DNA of 64,000 bases from a virus (lineage: Duplodnaviria > Caudoviricetes): positions 64,001 through 128,000 of the IMG/VR virus record IMGVR_UViG_2901201504_000001. One strand, 5' to 3'. The notes below the pieces were generated by a model. The model was not told the DNA's origin. It did not search any database and saw nothing but the letters and a program-made list of their open reading frames with translations. Position numbers and translations under genes: made by a program. The number at the start of each line of letters is the position of its first letter. The first letter of the stretch is position 1. Below, piece by piece: positions 48,925 to 59,358 of the stretch.

Positions 48925-49458
48925 ATGGCTAGAAAGTGTATATGTAAAGTATGTAAGGCACAAGGTGATACTGATACTTTTTATAAAGTTAGAGAAGGAA
49001 ATGTTAATAAATATTACTGTAACAAAGAAGAATATGAACATAATTTTAAATTAAAACAACAAAGAAAAGTATTAATGGAATATGTCGCAATTGATGTTCT
49101 TGGTTATGAAGAAGGTCAAATAGTAAATCCAGTCATGGTTAGAAAGATCAATGAATTGAATAAGTTTTATGATTTCGAAGTGATTCTTGAAACATTTAAA
49201 CAATGCAAAGAAAATATACACTATTGGATTAATAACAAGAACTTTGCTAATGAATTTGGAATGGTTAGTTACATAATGAAAATTGTTGAAGGAAGCATAA
49301 ATGATGTTCACGCTAAATGGAAACATTTGAAATCAGTGAAAGCTAAACAGGATGTAAACAACTTGGATGTAAACATTCTCAATGACATTGAAGAAGTGAA
49401 AGTAAGTCAAAAGAAGAAAGAGGATATTTTATCGTTCTTAGATGAGGAGGATGTGTAA
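48925..49458 (+). CDS. YorH-like replication protein
   Basis: CKVC...YYC; lies before the helicase. Confidence 0.65.
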   Translation: MARKCICKVCKAQGDTDTFYKVREGNVNKYYCNKEEYEHNFKLKQQRKVLMEYVAIDVLGYEEGQIVNPVMVRKINELNKFYDFEVILETFKQCKENIHYWINNKNFANEFGMVSYIMKIVEGSINDVHAKWKHLKSVKAKQDVNNLDVNILNDIEEVKVSQKKKEDILSFLDEEDV

Positions 49459-50934
49459 TTGCAACCATTAGATAAATACCCTTCTCCATTAATTGAAAAC
49501 AGAGAAATGATAGAGTGTAATTTTATATTTTCACTATGGAGAAACCCCGAATTGTATGGTGATTATGAAAAAGAGATACAGGCTGATAGAGATTTAATTA
49601 CCGAGGATGGTAAGTTTTATTATTCATTGGGTTATGAGATGAAAAAACTCGGTTATAAAAGTTTTGATGATGCTAGTATTTATAGTTACATTGAAGGTAA
49701 AGATACACTTAAAAATGGATTTGCAAGACGTGGTGGTTACAAATCCGTTGATGACATAAAGAAAATACTTAACGAAGAAAACGTTGAAACATACTATGAT
49801 GAATTAGTTAAAAACAACATGATGATAAAACTACATGACAAAGGTTTCAACGTAGTTAATGAGATTAATAAGTTTAATAAAATGAATAGTTCTCAACTCT
49901 ATAATTACTTTGAATATCAATTAGATAATGTCTTTCTTGGAAGGGGAGCAGGAGTAAAGATAGAAGATTTGGAACTTGATGATGAATTTATAGCATCGTG
50001 TGATATTGGTGAGGAAATGGGGTTGAGTTACGCAAGTGCAGCACCATTGCTTAACTTTCATACATTGGGGTTACATAAAGCAAACGTACAAATATTTGCC
50101 GGATTCAGTGGCACAGGTAAAACAAGTTTCTGTATTAGCACATATATCATGTCAATTCTTGATCAAGGTGAAAAGATCACTATTATTGCAAATGAGATGA
50201 ACAAGAAGGCATGGCAACATATCTTTATGGCAACTATTTTAAGTCACAAAGTAAATTACTTTGGATTACCTAGAAAGAAGCAAAAGATGGGTAATTTCAA
50301 TGAAGATCAAAAATTACATATTAAAGCTGCTCAAGATTATTACAACAAGCATTACAAAGGAAGAATTAAATTTGCTAAGATATATGATTACAGTATAGAT
50401 GATGTAAAGAAAATCATGCGTAAAATGGCTAAACAAGGTTTTGGTTTCATGTTATACGATACATTTAAGGCTGAAGATTCCTCAGCAGCAAATGTAACTG
50501 GTGAACTAATTGAAGCTTCAAAACAATTATTACAAGTAGCTGAAAAAGAAGACATTGGAATTATCATCACAATGCAGTTAGCAATTTATATGGAAAATAC
50601 ACGATACCTAACAGCAGCTACTTTATCAGGTGCTAAGGCTGTAAAAGAAGTAGTATCGGAACTGATATTAACTAGGCCATTATGGGATGATGAATTCCCA
50701 GGAGGTAAGTATGACATTAAGCCTTATAAATTTAAAAAAGATAGCCAAGGTAAATTTACAAAAATTAAAGAAGACATTCCTCTTGATCTAGATAAAAAAT
50801 ATAGATTGGTATTTTTAGATAAGACTAGAAATGATGAAGGGGAAATTGTTCTATTGTATAGATTTGATGGAGCATGGAATAAATGGACTGAGTTAGGATA
50901 TTGTTCACCAAAACATCAAAACAGAGGTTCATGA
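49459..50934 (+). CDS. DnaB-like replicative helicase (YorI-like)
   Basis: AGFSGTGKTS, ANEM, LYDTFK, TMQL, DKTRN. Confidence 0.88.
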   Translation: MQPLDKYPSPLIENREMIECNFIFSLWRNPELYGDYEKEIQADRDLITEDGKFYYSLGYEMKKLGYKSFDDASIYSYIEGKDTLKNGFARRGGYKSVDDIKKILNEENVETYYDELVKNNMMIKLHDKGFNVVNEINKFNKMNSSQLYNYFEYQLDNVFLGRGAGVKIEDLELDDEFIASCDIGEEMGLSYASAAPLLNFHTLGLHKANVQIFAGFSGTGKTSFCISTYIMSILDQGEKITIIANEMNKKAWQHIFMATILSHKVNYFGLPRKKQKMGNFNEDQKLHIKAAQDYYNKHYKGRIKFAKIYDYSIDDVKKIMRKMAKQGFGFMLYDTFKAEDSSAANVTGELIEASKQLLQVAEKEDIGIIITMQLAIYMENTRYLTAATLSGAKAVKEVVSELILTRPLWDDEFPGGKYDIKPYKFKKDSQGKFTKIKEDIPLDLDKKYRLVFLDKTRNDEGEIVLLYRFDGAWNKWTELGYCSPKHQNRGS

Positions 50935-50935
50935 T

Positions 50936-51961
50936 ATGGATGTATATGGACTCAAGAATCACATTATTAGCAACTCAGAATTAATTGAATTAGTACTTGA
51001 AAAAACAGGTTTTCATAATATTGATGATTCATTTGGTAGAGGAAAAGAGTATAGATGTGCTAGAAAGGCAGGGAGAAATCCTACATCAGTAAAAGTTAAC
51101 AAGCAAACATTGGGAGCTACGTGTTTTTCTACAAATTTAAAAGGAGATTTAATTACTCTCGTTCAATCAAAGTTAATGATTTCTTTTCCACAAGCTATCA
51201 AAAAAATATCAGAAATAGTTGATTATAAGTTTAATATAACTGAAGACACCTATGTACCATTTGGAGGCTATTATAAAAACATAGCAAGATTGAAGAATAA
51301 TCTTGAAGTTGTTGATATTGAAGTTTATTCTGACGACATTCTAGATCAATTTCAAATCATGCCTAATTTATTGTTTTATGAAGATGGAATTCTTCCTGAA
51401 GTACAAATTAAATACAAAATAGGCTATGACAGTGTAAGTGGAAGGATAGCAGTTCCATGGTATTCATTTGATGGACAAATATGTGGAATCATGGGAAGGA
51501 TAAACAGACGAGAGGTTAGAGATGATGAAACCAAGTGGTTTCCAATTCTCCCTTTTCCGAAATCCAAGACACTTTATGGGTTTGTAGAAAATTACAATTC
51601 AATTCAAGAAAAAAGTGCAATCATGATTGGTGAGAGTGAGAAACATAGTTTACAACTTTCTTCAAAAGGATTGAACATTGGAGTATCGCTAGGTGGTAGC
51701 TTTCTAAGTGAAATTCAATCTAATAATATTAAATCACTTTTCCCTAAGAAGATTTTCGTAATGATGGATGAAGGTTTGAATGAAGAACATAGTAGAGAAA
51801 TAGCCAAACAACTAAAAGTAGAAAGATATTATAAAAACAAAGTGTACTATGTCTATGATAAAAATAACATTTACTTACCTAAAGGGAGTAAAATGGCTCC
51901 AGCAGATCTAGATAAAAACAGCCTTAGTATGCTGATTAAAAATTGTTCAATTGAAGTATAA
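50936..51961 (+). CDS. DNA primase (TOPRIM, YorJ-like)
   Basis: GRIAVPW...GIMGR...LYG...GESEK...MDEG. Confidence 0.82.
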   Translation: MDVYGLKNHIISNSELIELVLEKTGFHNIDDSFGRGKEYRCARKAGRNPTSVKVNKQTLGATCFSTNLKGDLITLVQSKLMISFPQAIKKISEIVDYKFNITEDTYVPFGGYYKNIARLKNNLEVVDIEVYSDDILDQFQIMPNLLFYEDGILPEVQIKYKIGYDSVSGRIAVPWYSFDGQICGIMGRINRREVRDDETKWFPILPFPKSKTLYGFVENYNSIQEKSAIMIGESEKHSLQLSSKGLNIGVSLGGSFLSEIQSNNIKSLFPKKIFVMMDEGLNEEHSREIAKQLKVERYYKNKVYYVYDKNNIYLPKGSKMAPADLDKNSLSMLIKNCSIEV

Positions 51962-51972
51962 GGGGTGATGTT

Positions 51973-53037
51973 TTGAAGGAAAGATTACAAGAATTGAAAG
52001 ATCAGGGGAAAACAGTTTATTCATTTTCCCGTCTAGGAACAATGAATAATTGTGAATATGAATATTATAATACATACATGTTGAAGAATAGAGGAATTGA
52101 AAACATATACACTGTCATGGGTTCTTCAATACATGATGGCACTGAGTCGCTATATAAGGGTGAGATGAATCCAAAAGATTTCAAAGAAAGTGTTGAAAAT
52201 AAATTAATAGAAAGTGAACTATTAGGAATAACATTCCCAAGTGATAAAATCGGTGATAGTTGGAAAGCTGACGTAAATCATTTTCTAGCAAACTTTAAAA
52301 AGATTGATAAGAAGGCTGTATTAGAAAAATTAATTGTATTTGAGGTTTCCGATGGTATCTATTTTCAAGGATATGTTGATGCAATCATGCCCAGTGATAA
52401 AGGTAAGCCTTATATAGATGTAGTTGACTGGAAAACATCAAGTAAATTCACTGGGAAGAAGTTGACTGAAGCAGGAAGACAATTGCTTCTATACAACATT
52501 GGATTAGATCAAGTTACAAATGTAAAAGTAGATAAAGTTGTATGGTTTATGATTAAATACGTATACGTTTGTAGTCAGGGTAAGAAAGCAGTTAAAAAGA
52601 AAATGTGTAACAGAGGTAAATGGGTTAAAGAAATTAGGAATCAACTTCATAAATTACTAGAAAAGTCAGGTGTGGAAGATTTTGAAGTAGAAATTTTACT
52701 TGATAAAGCGGTTGAAGATAATAACTTATCCTGTTTACCAAAAGAAATTCAAGAACAATATTGGTTAGAAGACTGTATGGTAGAGTATGACATTACTGAT
52801 GAAAAAATTAATGAAGTTAAAGAGTATGTCGTGGATACAGTGCAAAAGATTGAAAATAAGAATCCTTCTGATGAATCTGAATGGAAACCAAAGAAGATTG
52901 ATAAGTATGATTCATTTTACTGTAGCGTTTTATGCGGTCATCGAAAAACTTGCAGATTCTATAAAGAATTTTTGGATAATAATTCAAATGATTTCACTAA
53001 AAAGAAGAAAGATGATGATTTTGACTTATTCGGATGA
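51973..53037 (+). CDS. PD-(D/E)XK (Cas4/RecB-like) nuclease
   Basis: YSFSRL...C...GYVD...DWKTS...QLLLY...C...C...C. Confidence 0.85.
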   Translation: MKERLQELKDQGKTVYSFSRLGTMNNCEYEYYNTYMLKNRGIENIYTVMGSSIHDGTESLYKGEMNPKDFKESVENKLIESELLGITFPSDKIGDSWKADVNHFLANFKKIDKKAVLEKLIVFEVSDGIYFQGYVDAIMPSDKGKPYIDVVDWKTSSKFTGKKLTEAGRQLLLYNIGLDQVTNVKVDKVVWFMIKYVYVCSQGKKAVKKKMCNRGKWVKEIRNQLHKLLEKSGVEDFEVEILLDKAVEDNNLSCLPKEIQEQYWLEDCMVEYDITDEKINEVKEYVVDTVQKIENKNPSDESEWKPKKIDKYDSFYCSVLCGHRKTCRFYKEFLDNNSNDFTKKKKDDDFDLFG

Positions 53038-54836
53038 GAGGTGAGAAATTGAGGAAAGTATTTTATGACTTTGAGGTTTTTAGTAAAAGCATTGATCCGG
53101 TTACAGGAAGAAGTTTTTGGCTAGTTGTTCTAATTGATTATGATTCACAAAAAGGAAAAGTGATTATCAATGATGTTAATGAATTAAAGAAATATTATAA
53201 TTATTTCAAAAATGATGTTTTCATCGGTTACAACAGTAGAATGTACGATCAATACATATTCAAAGGATTATTATTAGGGATGGACGCTGGATACATAAAC
53301 GATAAATTAATTAATGAAGGCAGAAAAGGCCATGAAGTTGTGAGGGATGCATTTAAAATTCCATTTAATAATTTTGATGTTACAACTGGATTCCATAGCT
53401 TGAAACAGCTTGAAGCTTTCATGGGTAGTAGAATCAAGGAATCTTCTGTTCCTTTTGATATTGAAAGACCTTTAACAAAAAATGAGATTAAAGAAACCGT
53501 TGATTATTGTATACATGATGTTAAAGAAACAATTAATGTTTTTGATAATCGAATAGAGGAATTTGAAAGTCAATTAGCTTTAATAGAAGCATTTGATTTA
53601 GATATGAAGCAATTTAATAAAACTAAAGCTCAACTTTCAGCATTTATTATTGGAGCAGAAAAGAAGCCGGATAGAAAAGATGAATTTAATTTATGTTTTC
53701 CAGATACATTACAAGTAGAAAAATATAAAGATATTGTTGAATGGTATAAGAATCCAGAAAATATGGATTATAAGCAAAAACTAAAAGTTGAAGTAGCTGG
53801 TGTTCCACATATCTTTGCTTGGGGTGGTATTCATGGAGCCATTCCAAAATATAAAGATGAAGGAATTATATTATGTGCGGATGTGGCTTCGCTTTATCCG
53901 AGCTTAATGATTGAATATGGATACATAAGTAGAAACGTAAGAGAACCTTCAAAATTTAAAGAGATACGTGATAAGCGATTGGAATTAAAGAAACAAAAAG
54001 ATCCTAGACAATTGCCAATGAAAATCGTTATAAATGCAAACTATGGTGCAATGAAAGATAAGTTTAATCCATTATATGATCCATTAATGAGTAATAATGT
54101 GTGTCTAGCTGGACAATTGTTATTACTAGATTTGATTGAAAAATTAGAACCATATTGCAAGCTGGTACAATCCAATACAGACGGTGTGTTTTTAAAAGTT
54201 GAGAAAGAATCTGATATAAAAATTATTAAAGAAGTTGCTGCTGAATGGGAACATAGAACACGTTTGGATTTAGAATGGGAAGTATTCAATAAGATTTATC
54301 AAAAGGATGTTAATAACTACATAATTATTGATGAAAACGGAAAGTACAAATCAAAAGGAGCTTATGTAAAAAAGTTAACCAACTTAGATTATGACTTGCC
54401 AATTGTCAACAAAGCTTTGATTAATTATTTTACTAAAGATATCCCATTAGAACAAACGATTAATGAATGTGATGAATTACGTGAATTTCAGAAAGTAGTA
54501 AAGATTTCTTCTAAATATGAGTATGGAACTCATGGAGATGAAAAAGTAAAAGAGAAAGTACTTCGTGTATTTGCTGATAATAGAGATACTTCTCAAGGAG
54601 TATTTAAGCATAAATGGAAGACTAATAAAGAAGGAGAAACTAATTTAGTAGCTGAGAAGATTGGTAATACTCCAGAAAAATGCTTTATTGATAATGGAGA
54701 TATCCAGGGGAAATTAATACCAGATTATTTAGATAAACAGTATTATATTGATCTTGCTCAAAAGAGACTAAATGACTTCTTAGGCATTAAAGCACCTAGA
54801 AAGAAGAAAGTTAAAGAAAAAACAGACGTCAAATAA
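53034..54836 (+). CDS. Family B DNA polymerase with 3'-5' exonuclease
   Basis: ExoI YDFE, ExoII YNSRMYD, ExoIII YCIHD; DVASLYPS, KIVINANYG, NTDG. Confidence 0.9.
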   Translation: MRGEKLRKVFYDFEVFSKSIDPVTGRSFWLVVLIDYDSQKGKVIINDVNELKKYYNYFKNDVFIGYNSRMYDQYIFKGLLLGMDAGYINDKLINEGRKGHEVVRDAFKIPFNNFDVTTGFHSLKQLEAFMGSRIKESSVPFDIERPLTKNEIKETVDYCIHDVKETINVFDNRIEEFESQLALIEAFDLDMKQFNKTKAQLSAFIIGAEKKPDRKDEFNLCFPDTLQVEKYKDIVEWYKNPENMDYKQKLKVEVAGVPHIFAWGGIHGAIPKYKDEGIILCADVASLYPSLMIEYGYISRNVREPSKFKEIRDKRLELKKQKDPRQLPMKIVINANYGAMKDKFNPLYDPLMSNNVCLAGQLLLLDLIEKLEPYCKLVQSNTDGVFLKVEKESDIKIIKEVAAEWEHRTRLDLEWEVFNKIYQKDVNNYIIIDENGKYKSKGAYVKKLTNLDYDLPIVNKALINYFTKDIPLEQTINECDELREFQKVVKISSKYEYGTHGDEKVKEKVLRVFADNRDTSQGVFKHKWKTNKEGETNLVAEKIGNTPEKCFIDNGDIQGKLIPDYLDKQYYIDLAQKRLNDFLGIKAPRKKKVKEKTDVK

Positions 54837-54905
54837 AAGAATAGTTTTATTGTAAAAATAGGCTCTGAAAAGCCTTATATATCAACGTTTCTGGGAGGTG
54901 AATTT

Positions 54906-55103
54906 ATGAAAATAATCACAAAAGACAATTTTTGTAGAGATTTATTCACTGAAACTGTTATTGCTGAAAATGTAAACAAATACATTGGAGAAGAAATGGT
55001 AAAGCTATGGAACGATAAGTTTTGGAGTAGTCAATCTGATTACTATCTAGCATTAGTCGAAGATGATTATGAATTATATGACGGTTATGCTGATTTAGTT
55101 TGA
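54906..55103 (+). CDS. Hypothetical phage protein
   Basis: RBS GGGAGG. Confidence 0.7.
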   Translation: MKIITKDNFCRDLFTETVIAENVNKYIGEEMVKLWNDKFWSSQSDYYLALVEDDYELYDGYADLV

Positions 55104-55304
55104 TAGAGTAGTAACTTAAAAACAATACTGGAGGTGATTATTATTAAAATCAAATTACAAGATAGACAAGACATTACTAAACACTTACGTCATCAAGGGT
55201 TTACTCGTAGAGATATTGAAAGTAGAATGAATCCATTATTAGGAGTTTAATTGATAGAAAGAATATACGAGGAGTGTGATGAGAGCCTAAATCAATAGGC
55301 TTAT

Positions 55305-55988
55305 ATGAGGAAATCAGTAAAAGTAATTACAGCAGCAGTATTAACAGTTGGAATATCGACTACAGGTGGATTCCAAGTATATAAAAATTTTGAAGAATTG
55401 AAAGAAGAAAATCGTCAGTTACATAACGAAGTAGTTTTAAAGAATGAAGTAATACATAAACAAAAATACAGTATTAAGCAATTGAACACTAAAAATACAT
55501 CTCTGCAAACACAGTTAAAAGTAAAACAGTCAGTTATAGATAAATTAACTAAAAATATTAATGAAAAAGATCGAAGTATAAATTCATTGAAGATGCAATT
55601 AGAAAAAGCTAAGAAAAGGAATGATTCACCCAGGAATCAGATGAGCAGTAATGGAAAATCATTAAAAACAATGACTATGGAGTTATCATTCTATACAAAC
55701 CACCCTTCAGAAAATGGAACATACGGGGGAAAAGTTGTTACTAAAAGTGGATATGATATTTCCAATACAATTAAGTATCAAGGAATGGGTATTGTAGCGA
55801 GTTCTAACTCAGAGCTACCATTATATTCAATTATTGAAATTAAAGATTTAGGAAAATTTATTGTGTTAGATAGTGGATCAGCCATTTCTTCAGGAAAATT
55901 AGATGTCTTAGTTGGTAGTAAAGAAGAAGCTAAAAGAAAAGGAAGATATACGACTACAGTCAATATTTTGAGAATCGGAAAAGGGTGA
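55305..55988 (+). CDS. Secreted coiled-coil 3D-domain protein (YorM-like)
   Basis: Signal peptide, coiled coil, FYT...T.SG...LPLYS...LDSGSAI...KLDV. Confidence 0.8.
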   Translation: MRKSVKVITAAVLTVGISTTGGFQVYKNFEELKEENRQLHNEVVLKNEVIHKQKYSIKQLNTKNTSLQTQLKVKQSVIDKLTKNINEKDRSINSLKMQLEKAKKRNDSPRNQMSSNGKSLKTMTMELSFYTNHPSENGTYGGKVVTKSGYDISNTIKYQGMGIVASSNSELPLYSIIEIKDLGKFIVLDSGSAISSGKLDVLVGSKEEAKRKGRYTTTVNILRIGKG

Positions 55989-55992
55989 TTAG

Positions 55993-56688
55993 ATGCATGA
56001 TTGGTTGTATGGTATAGGTGAATGGGTTGTAATCAATGAAAATGTCAGATTAGGTTCACCTTCTGATGTTGGCAGACTTGCATATATAAAAGAGTTATTG
56101 ACTGATAAGTACTACAATTATCGTGTTTGTACATATAAAAATACCGAAATAAATGTAAGAGAATCAGAGCTAAATCCAATACCTAAAGATAAATTGGACT
56201 ATTATTTGAAAGTTAGTAAGTGGAAAAAGGTTAAACCTAAACAGTACAACGATGAATGTAAAATAGTGAAATTAGATTTTTTAAGTGAAAAAGCATATTT
56301 AGAAAATAGATGGGGATTGAAGTATACACTAGCCTTTAAAGAAATAGAAGAAATCAAAGGGGATGGAGAAATGGAAAGTAAAGTTGTAGATAACGTAACT
56401 AATCCAAAAGAGTTAAGTAACAAGGAATTACATAAGAATTTACTCAATGAAATTCATGATACATATGTAAAAAAGAATGCTGATTATGGAAATTCATTTG
56501 AAGAACAGTACAAAGAATACGGTTTACTAAGTGCTTTAATTCGTTTTGATGATAAGATTAAACGTTTAAAACAACTAAACAAGCATGACGCACAAGTAAA
56601 AGATGAAAGTATTAGAGATAGTGCTCTTGATCTTGCTAACTATGCGATTATGACAGTTATGGAATTAGATAAAACTAAATTAATATAA
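55993..56688 (+). CDS. YorP-like N-terminus fused to DUF1599/Nmad1 (nucleotide-modification associated) domain
   Basis: C-terminal KKNADYGNSF...RFDDKIKR...DESIRDSALDLANY; internal RBS before ATG 56371. Confidence 0.7.
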   Translation: MHDWLYGIGEWVVINENVRLGSPSDVGRLAYIKELLTDKYYNYRVCTYKNTEINVRESELNPIPKDKLDYYLKVSKWKKVKPKQYNDECKIVKLDFLSEKAYLENRWGLKYTLAFKEIEEIKGDGEMESKVVDNVTNPKELSNKELHKNLLNEIHDTYVKKNADYGNSFEEQYKEYGLLSALIRFDDKIKRLKQLNKHDAQVKDESIRDSALDLANYAIMTVMELDKTKLI

Positions 56689-56701
56689 AAGGAGAGAATA
56701 T

Positions 56702-56866
56702 ATGAGATATATAAGTTATTTCTTTGCTGGATGGTTTCTATTGTACGGAATGTTGATGGCTTTCTCAGTTGTACCTATTGATAAATTCTTTATTGGATGC
56801 ATGTCTGTAATTTGCTGCTTAAGTTTTATTGATGATTCCAAAATTAATTTAAAGGGGAAATTTTAA
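56702..56866 (+). CDS. Small membrane protein (not in the ORF track)
   Basis: RBS AAGGAG; MRYISYFFAGWFLLYG... Confidence 0.55.
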   Translation: MRYISYFFAGWFLLYGMLMAFSVVPIDKFFIGCMSVICCLSFIDDSKINLKGKF

Positions 56867-57100
56867 TGACTAAGTTAGAAGATTTAATGAATCAATTTTA
56901 TTATACAGGAAAGCTATCAATAGACGAGCAAATTGATATTAATAATGGTTTACCAAAAGATGATTGTATAAACGAATATGAGAAGTTCTTCCGTTGGTTG
57001 AATACGCAATTGTAAGGAAATAAAATGGAGAGTTTATTGGGACATCTAATGCATGAATTAATATAAAATATAGGTTTTATTTGAAAAGGAGATTGATAGT

Positions 57101-57826
57101 TTGAAAGATTTTTTAGGAAGCTTACAGTTAAATAGAATTTATCAGATGGATTGTAAAGAAGGAATGAGTTTAATTCCAGATCAAACAGTAGATTTATTAC
57201 TTACTGACCCACCATACAATGTTTCACAAAAGTCTAATTTTCACACTATGGGTAGACAAGGTGTAGACTTCGGTGAATGGGATAAAGAATTTAATCAACA
57301 AGATTGGTTAGAGATTGCATGTTCTAAAGTGAAAAAAGGTGGAAGCGTAGTCATATTCAATGATTATAAGAATATTGGCGAAATGAAAGAAGTTCTTGAG
57401 AAAAACGGATTTGTTATTAAAGAAATGCTATTATGGAAAAAGTCTAATCCAATGCCAAGAAATAGAGATAGACTGTATGTGACATCAATCGAAATGGCTT
57501 TGTGGGCAGTTAAAGGTAAAGGTTGGACATTTAATAGGCAAAGAGATACATACGAAAATGCAATATTTGAAACACCAATCGTAAATCATAAGAAAAGAAT
57601 ACATACTACTCAAAAACCTGTAGAAGTTATATCTGAATTGGTAAAAATACACAGTAATGAAAATGACGTTGTTTTAGATTGTTTCATGGGAAGTGCTACT
57701 ACTGCTGTAGCTTGTGAAATACATAATCGAAAGTGGTTGGGCTTTGAGTTAGAGAAAAAATACATAGAATTAGCGAATAAACGATTGGATAGTATTGATT
57801 TGCAGATGGATATAAGTAAATTATGA
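57101..57826 (+). CDS. Beta-class N4-C/N6-A DNA methyltransferase
   Basis: TDPPY, HTTQKP, VLDCFMGSATT, GFEL. Confidence 0.92.
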   Translation: MKDFLGSLQLNRIYQMDCKEGMSLIPDQTVDLLLTDPPYNVSQKSNFHTMGRQGVDFGEWDKEFNQQDWLEIACSKVKKGGSVVIFNDYKNIGEMKEVLEKNGFVIKEMLLWKKSNPMPRNRDRLYVTSIEMALWAVKGKGWTFNRQRDTYENAIFETPIVNHKKRIHTTQKPVEVISELVKIHSNENDVVLDCFMGSATTAVACEIHNRKWLGFELEKKYIELANKRLDSIDLQMDISKL

Positions 57827-57926
57827 TTTTTTAATCCTTTGTTCAAAACAACATTTTAATAAGGATGGAAATGTAATACATTGTGTTGGTACAATAGACA
57901 TATAATTTATTTAGGGAGATACTAAT

Positions 57927-59168
57927 ATGTCTATTAGGATATTGCATTGTGGAAAATCTTTAGAAAATTTTAATAAGTGCATAAAGGAGAAAGTAGTTGG
58001 ATTTACTAAGAGGGCTGCACATGAAGGTGATTTAATTTACATAGCTGTTAAATATGAGGGTAGTACATATTGTAGTGCCAGAGCAGTTGTATCTGAACCA
58101 ACAGATTATAAACCTTGGGAAGATGCTGATCTATATAATCAAGTATTTACATTAAAAGATATCGAGTATTGCAATCCACTAGATATAAGCTTTTTATCCA
58201 GTGTTGGTGGAAAATATTGGGGTATAAAGTATACACAAGGTGCAAAAGCAATAAAAGATATTACAGCAACAAATTTACTTGATGAAGAATTTATGAAAAA
58301 CAAAGTAAATAGCTTTATTGAGTTTGTTAGCAATGAAACTGAATCACAGGAAATGAATGCTGAAGAAGTCATTGATGTTGATATTAAAAGTGAAGAAAAA
58401 GATGAAGTAGATATAATGGGTACTTTTTTAACTATTAAATTTCATAGTGAACAGCATAAATCAAGAGGATTAGAAACATTAGTAAATAAAAATTTTTACA
58501 ACTTGTTTGAAGAATATAAGAAATCTAACACAATATTGATAACTGATAATAGAAAGTTCTCAACCTCAACAATTGCTGATAAAACAACTAATAAGAACAT
58601 AAACGGCATTAGTGGTATACCAGATGCACTGCTAATTAGTTTTAACAAAGATAGAAAAGTACCTTTACAAATCAATTTGATAGAGTATGAATGTTATGGT
58701 GAATCAAAATACAAACCAATGGAAAAGTTCAATTATTTAAATGGTCACATTATACCTCAATTAATGAGATTTGCTTCTGCGTTTAGTATCGTAACAGATA
58801 ATCAAATACGGGAAAATACCATTAAATCATGGGTTGAGAAAATAGTAAATGATTACGTATATGAAGATCAAGATATATCAGACAAAGTATCAAAATGGGT
58901 TAGATCATTGAATCCAAATATTAACGAACAAAAAATATCATATGAATTCCATAAAATGTTACTCGAAGCTTTTAATTCTCAATTAAAAATTATGTTAGTA
59001 ATTGATGAATTGACTTCAGAACAAAAAGAAACAATTAAAAATGTAATCAATTCATTTAAACTTAGTAGTGAAAAAAGTATTGAATTTCTAGGATATGTGG
59101 TGAGGTTGGAACAGAAAATCAATGTTATTGACAGTAATGCTGAATATGCTTTATCGATTCAGAAATAG
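57927..59168 (+). CDS. Putative EVE/PUA-like domain plus PD-(D/E)XK-like endonuclease, candidate defence gene
   Basis: N-terminal NFNKC...VGF...GDLIYI...PW; C-terminal HSEQ...LE...IPDALL...LIEYE...QLMRF. Confidence 0.55.
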   Translation: MSIRILHCGKSLENFNKCIKEKVVGFTKRAAHEGDLIYIAVKYEGSTYCSARAVVSEPTDYKPWEDADLYNQVFTLKDIEYCNPLDISFLSSVGGKYWGIKYTQGAKAIKDITATNLLDEEFMKNKVNSFIEFVSNETESQEMNAEEVIDVDIKSEEKDEVDIMGTFLTIKFHSEQHKSRGLETLVNKNFYNLFEEYKKSNTILITDNRKFSTSTIADKTTNKNINGISGIPDALLISFNKDRKVPLQINLIEYECYGESKYKPMEKFNYLNGHIIPQLMRFASAFSIVTDNQIRENTIKSWVEKIVNDYVYEDQDISDKVSKWVRSLNPNINEQKISYEFHKMLLEAFNSQLKIMLVIDELTSEQKETIKNVINSFKLSSEKSIEFLGYVVRLEQKINVIDSNAEYALSIQK

Positions 59169-59188
59169 AAGCTGGTTCATCCAGCTTC
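59168..59188. terminator. Hairpin after the nuclease gene
   Basis: GAAGCTGG-TTCAT-CCAGCTTC. Confidence 0.7.
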
Positions 59189-59358
59189 TAAAATATAATA
59201 AAAGTAAATTAATATAAAACTTACGGATATATGTATGTGGTTTACTTAAATTGTTTATCAATATGTAGTATATAAGACAAAATAAAAGTTACATTTTATT
59301 TATTAAGGGAATGGTGAATAAATAAAAAAGAGAGTGACTATTAATCACTCTCAGGAAA

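Noticed and set aside
51973-53037. Cas4 as evidence of CRISPR-Cas
   Set aside because: No cas1/cas2 or array; it lies inside the replication operon
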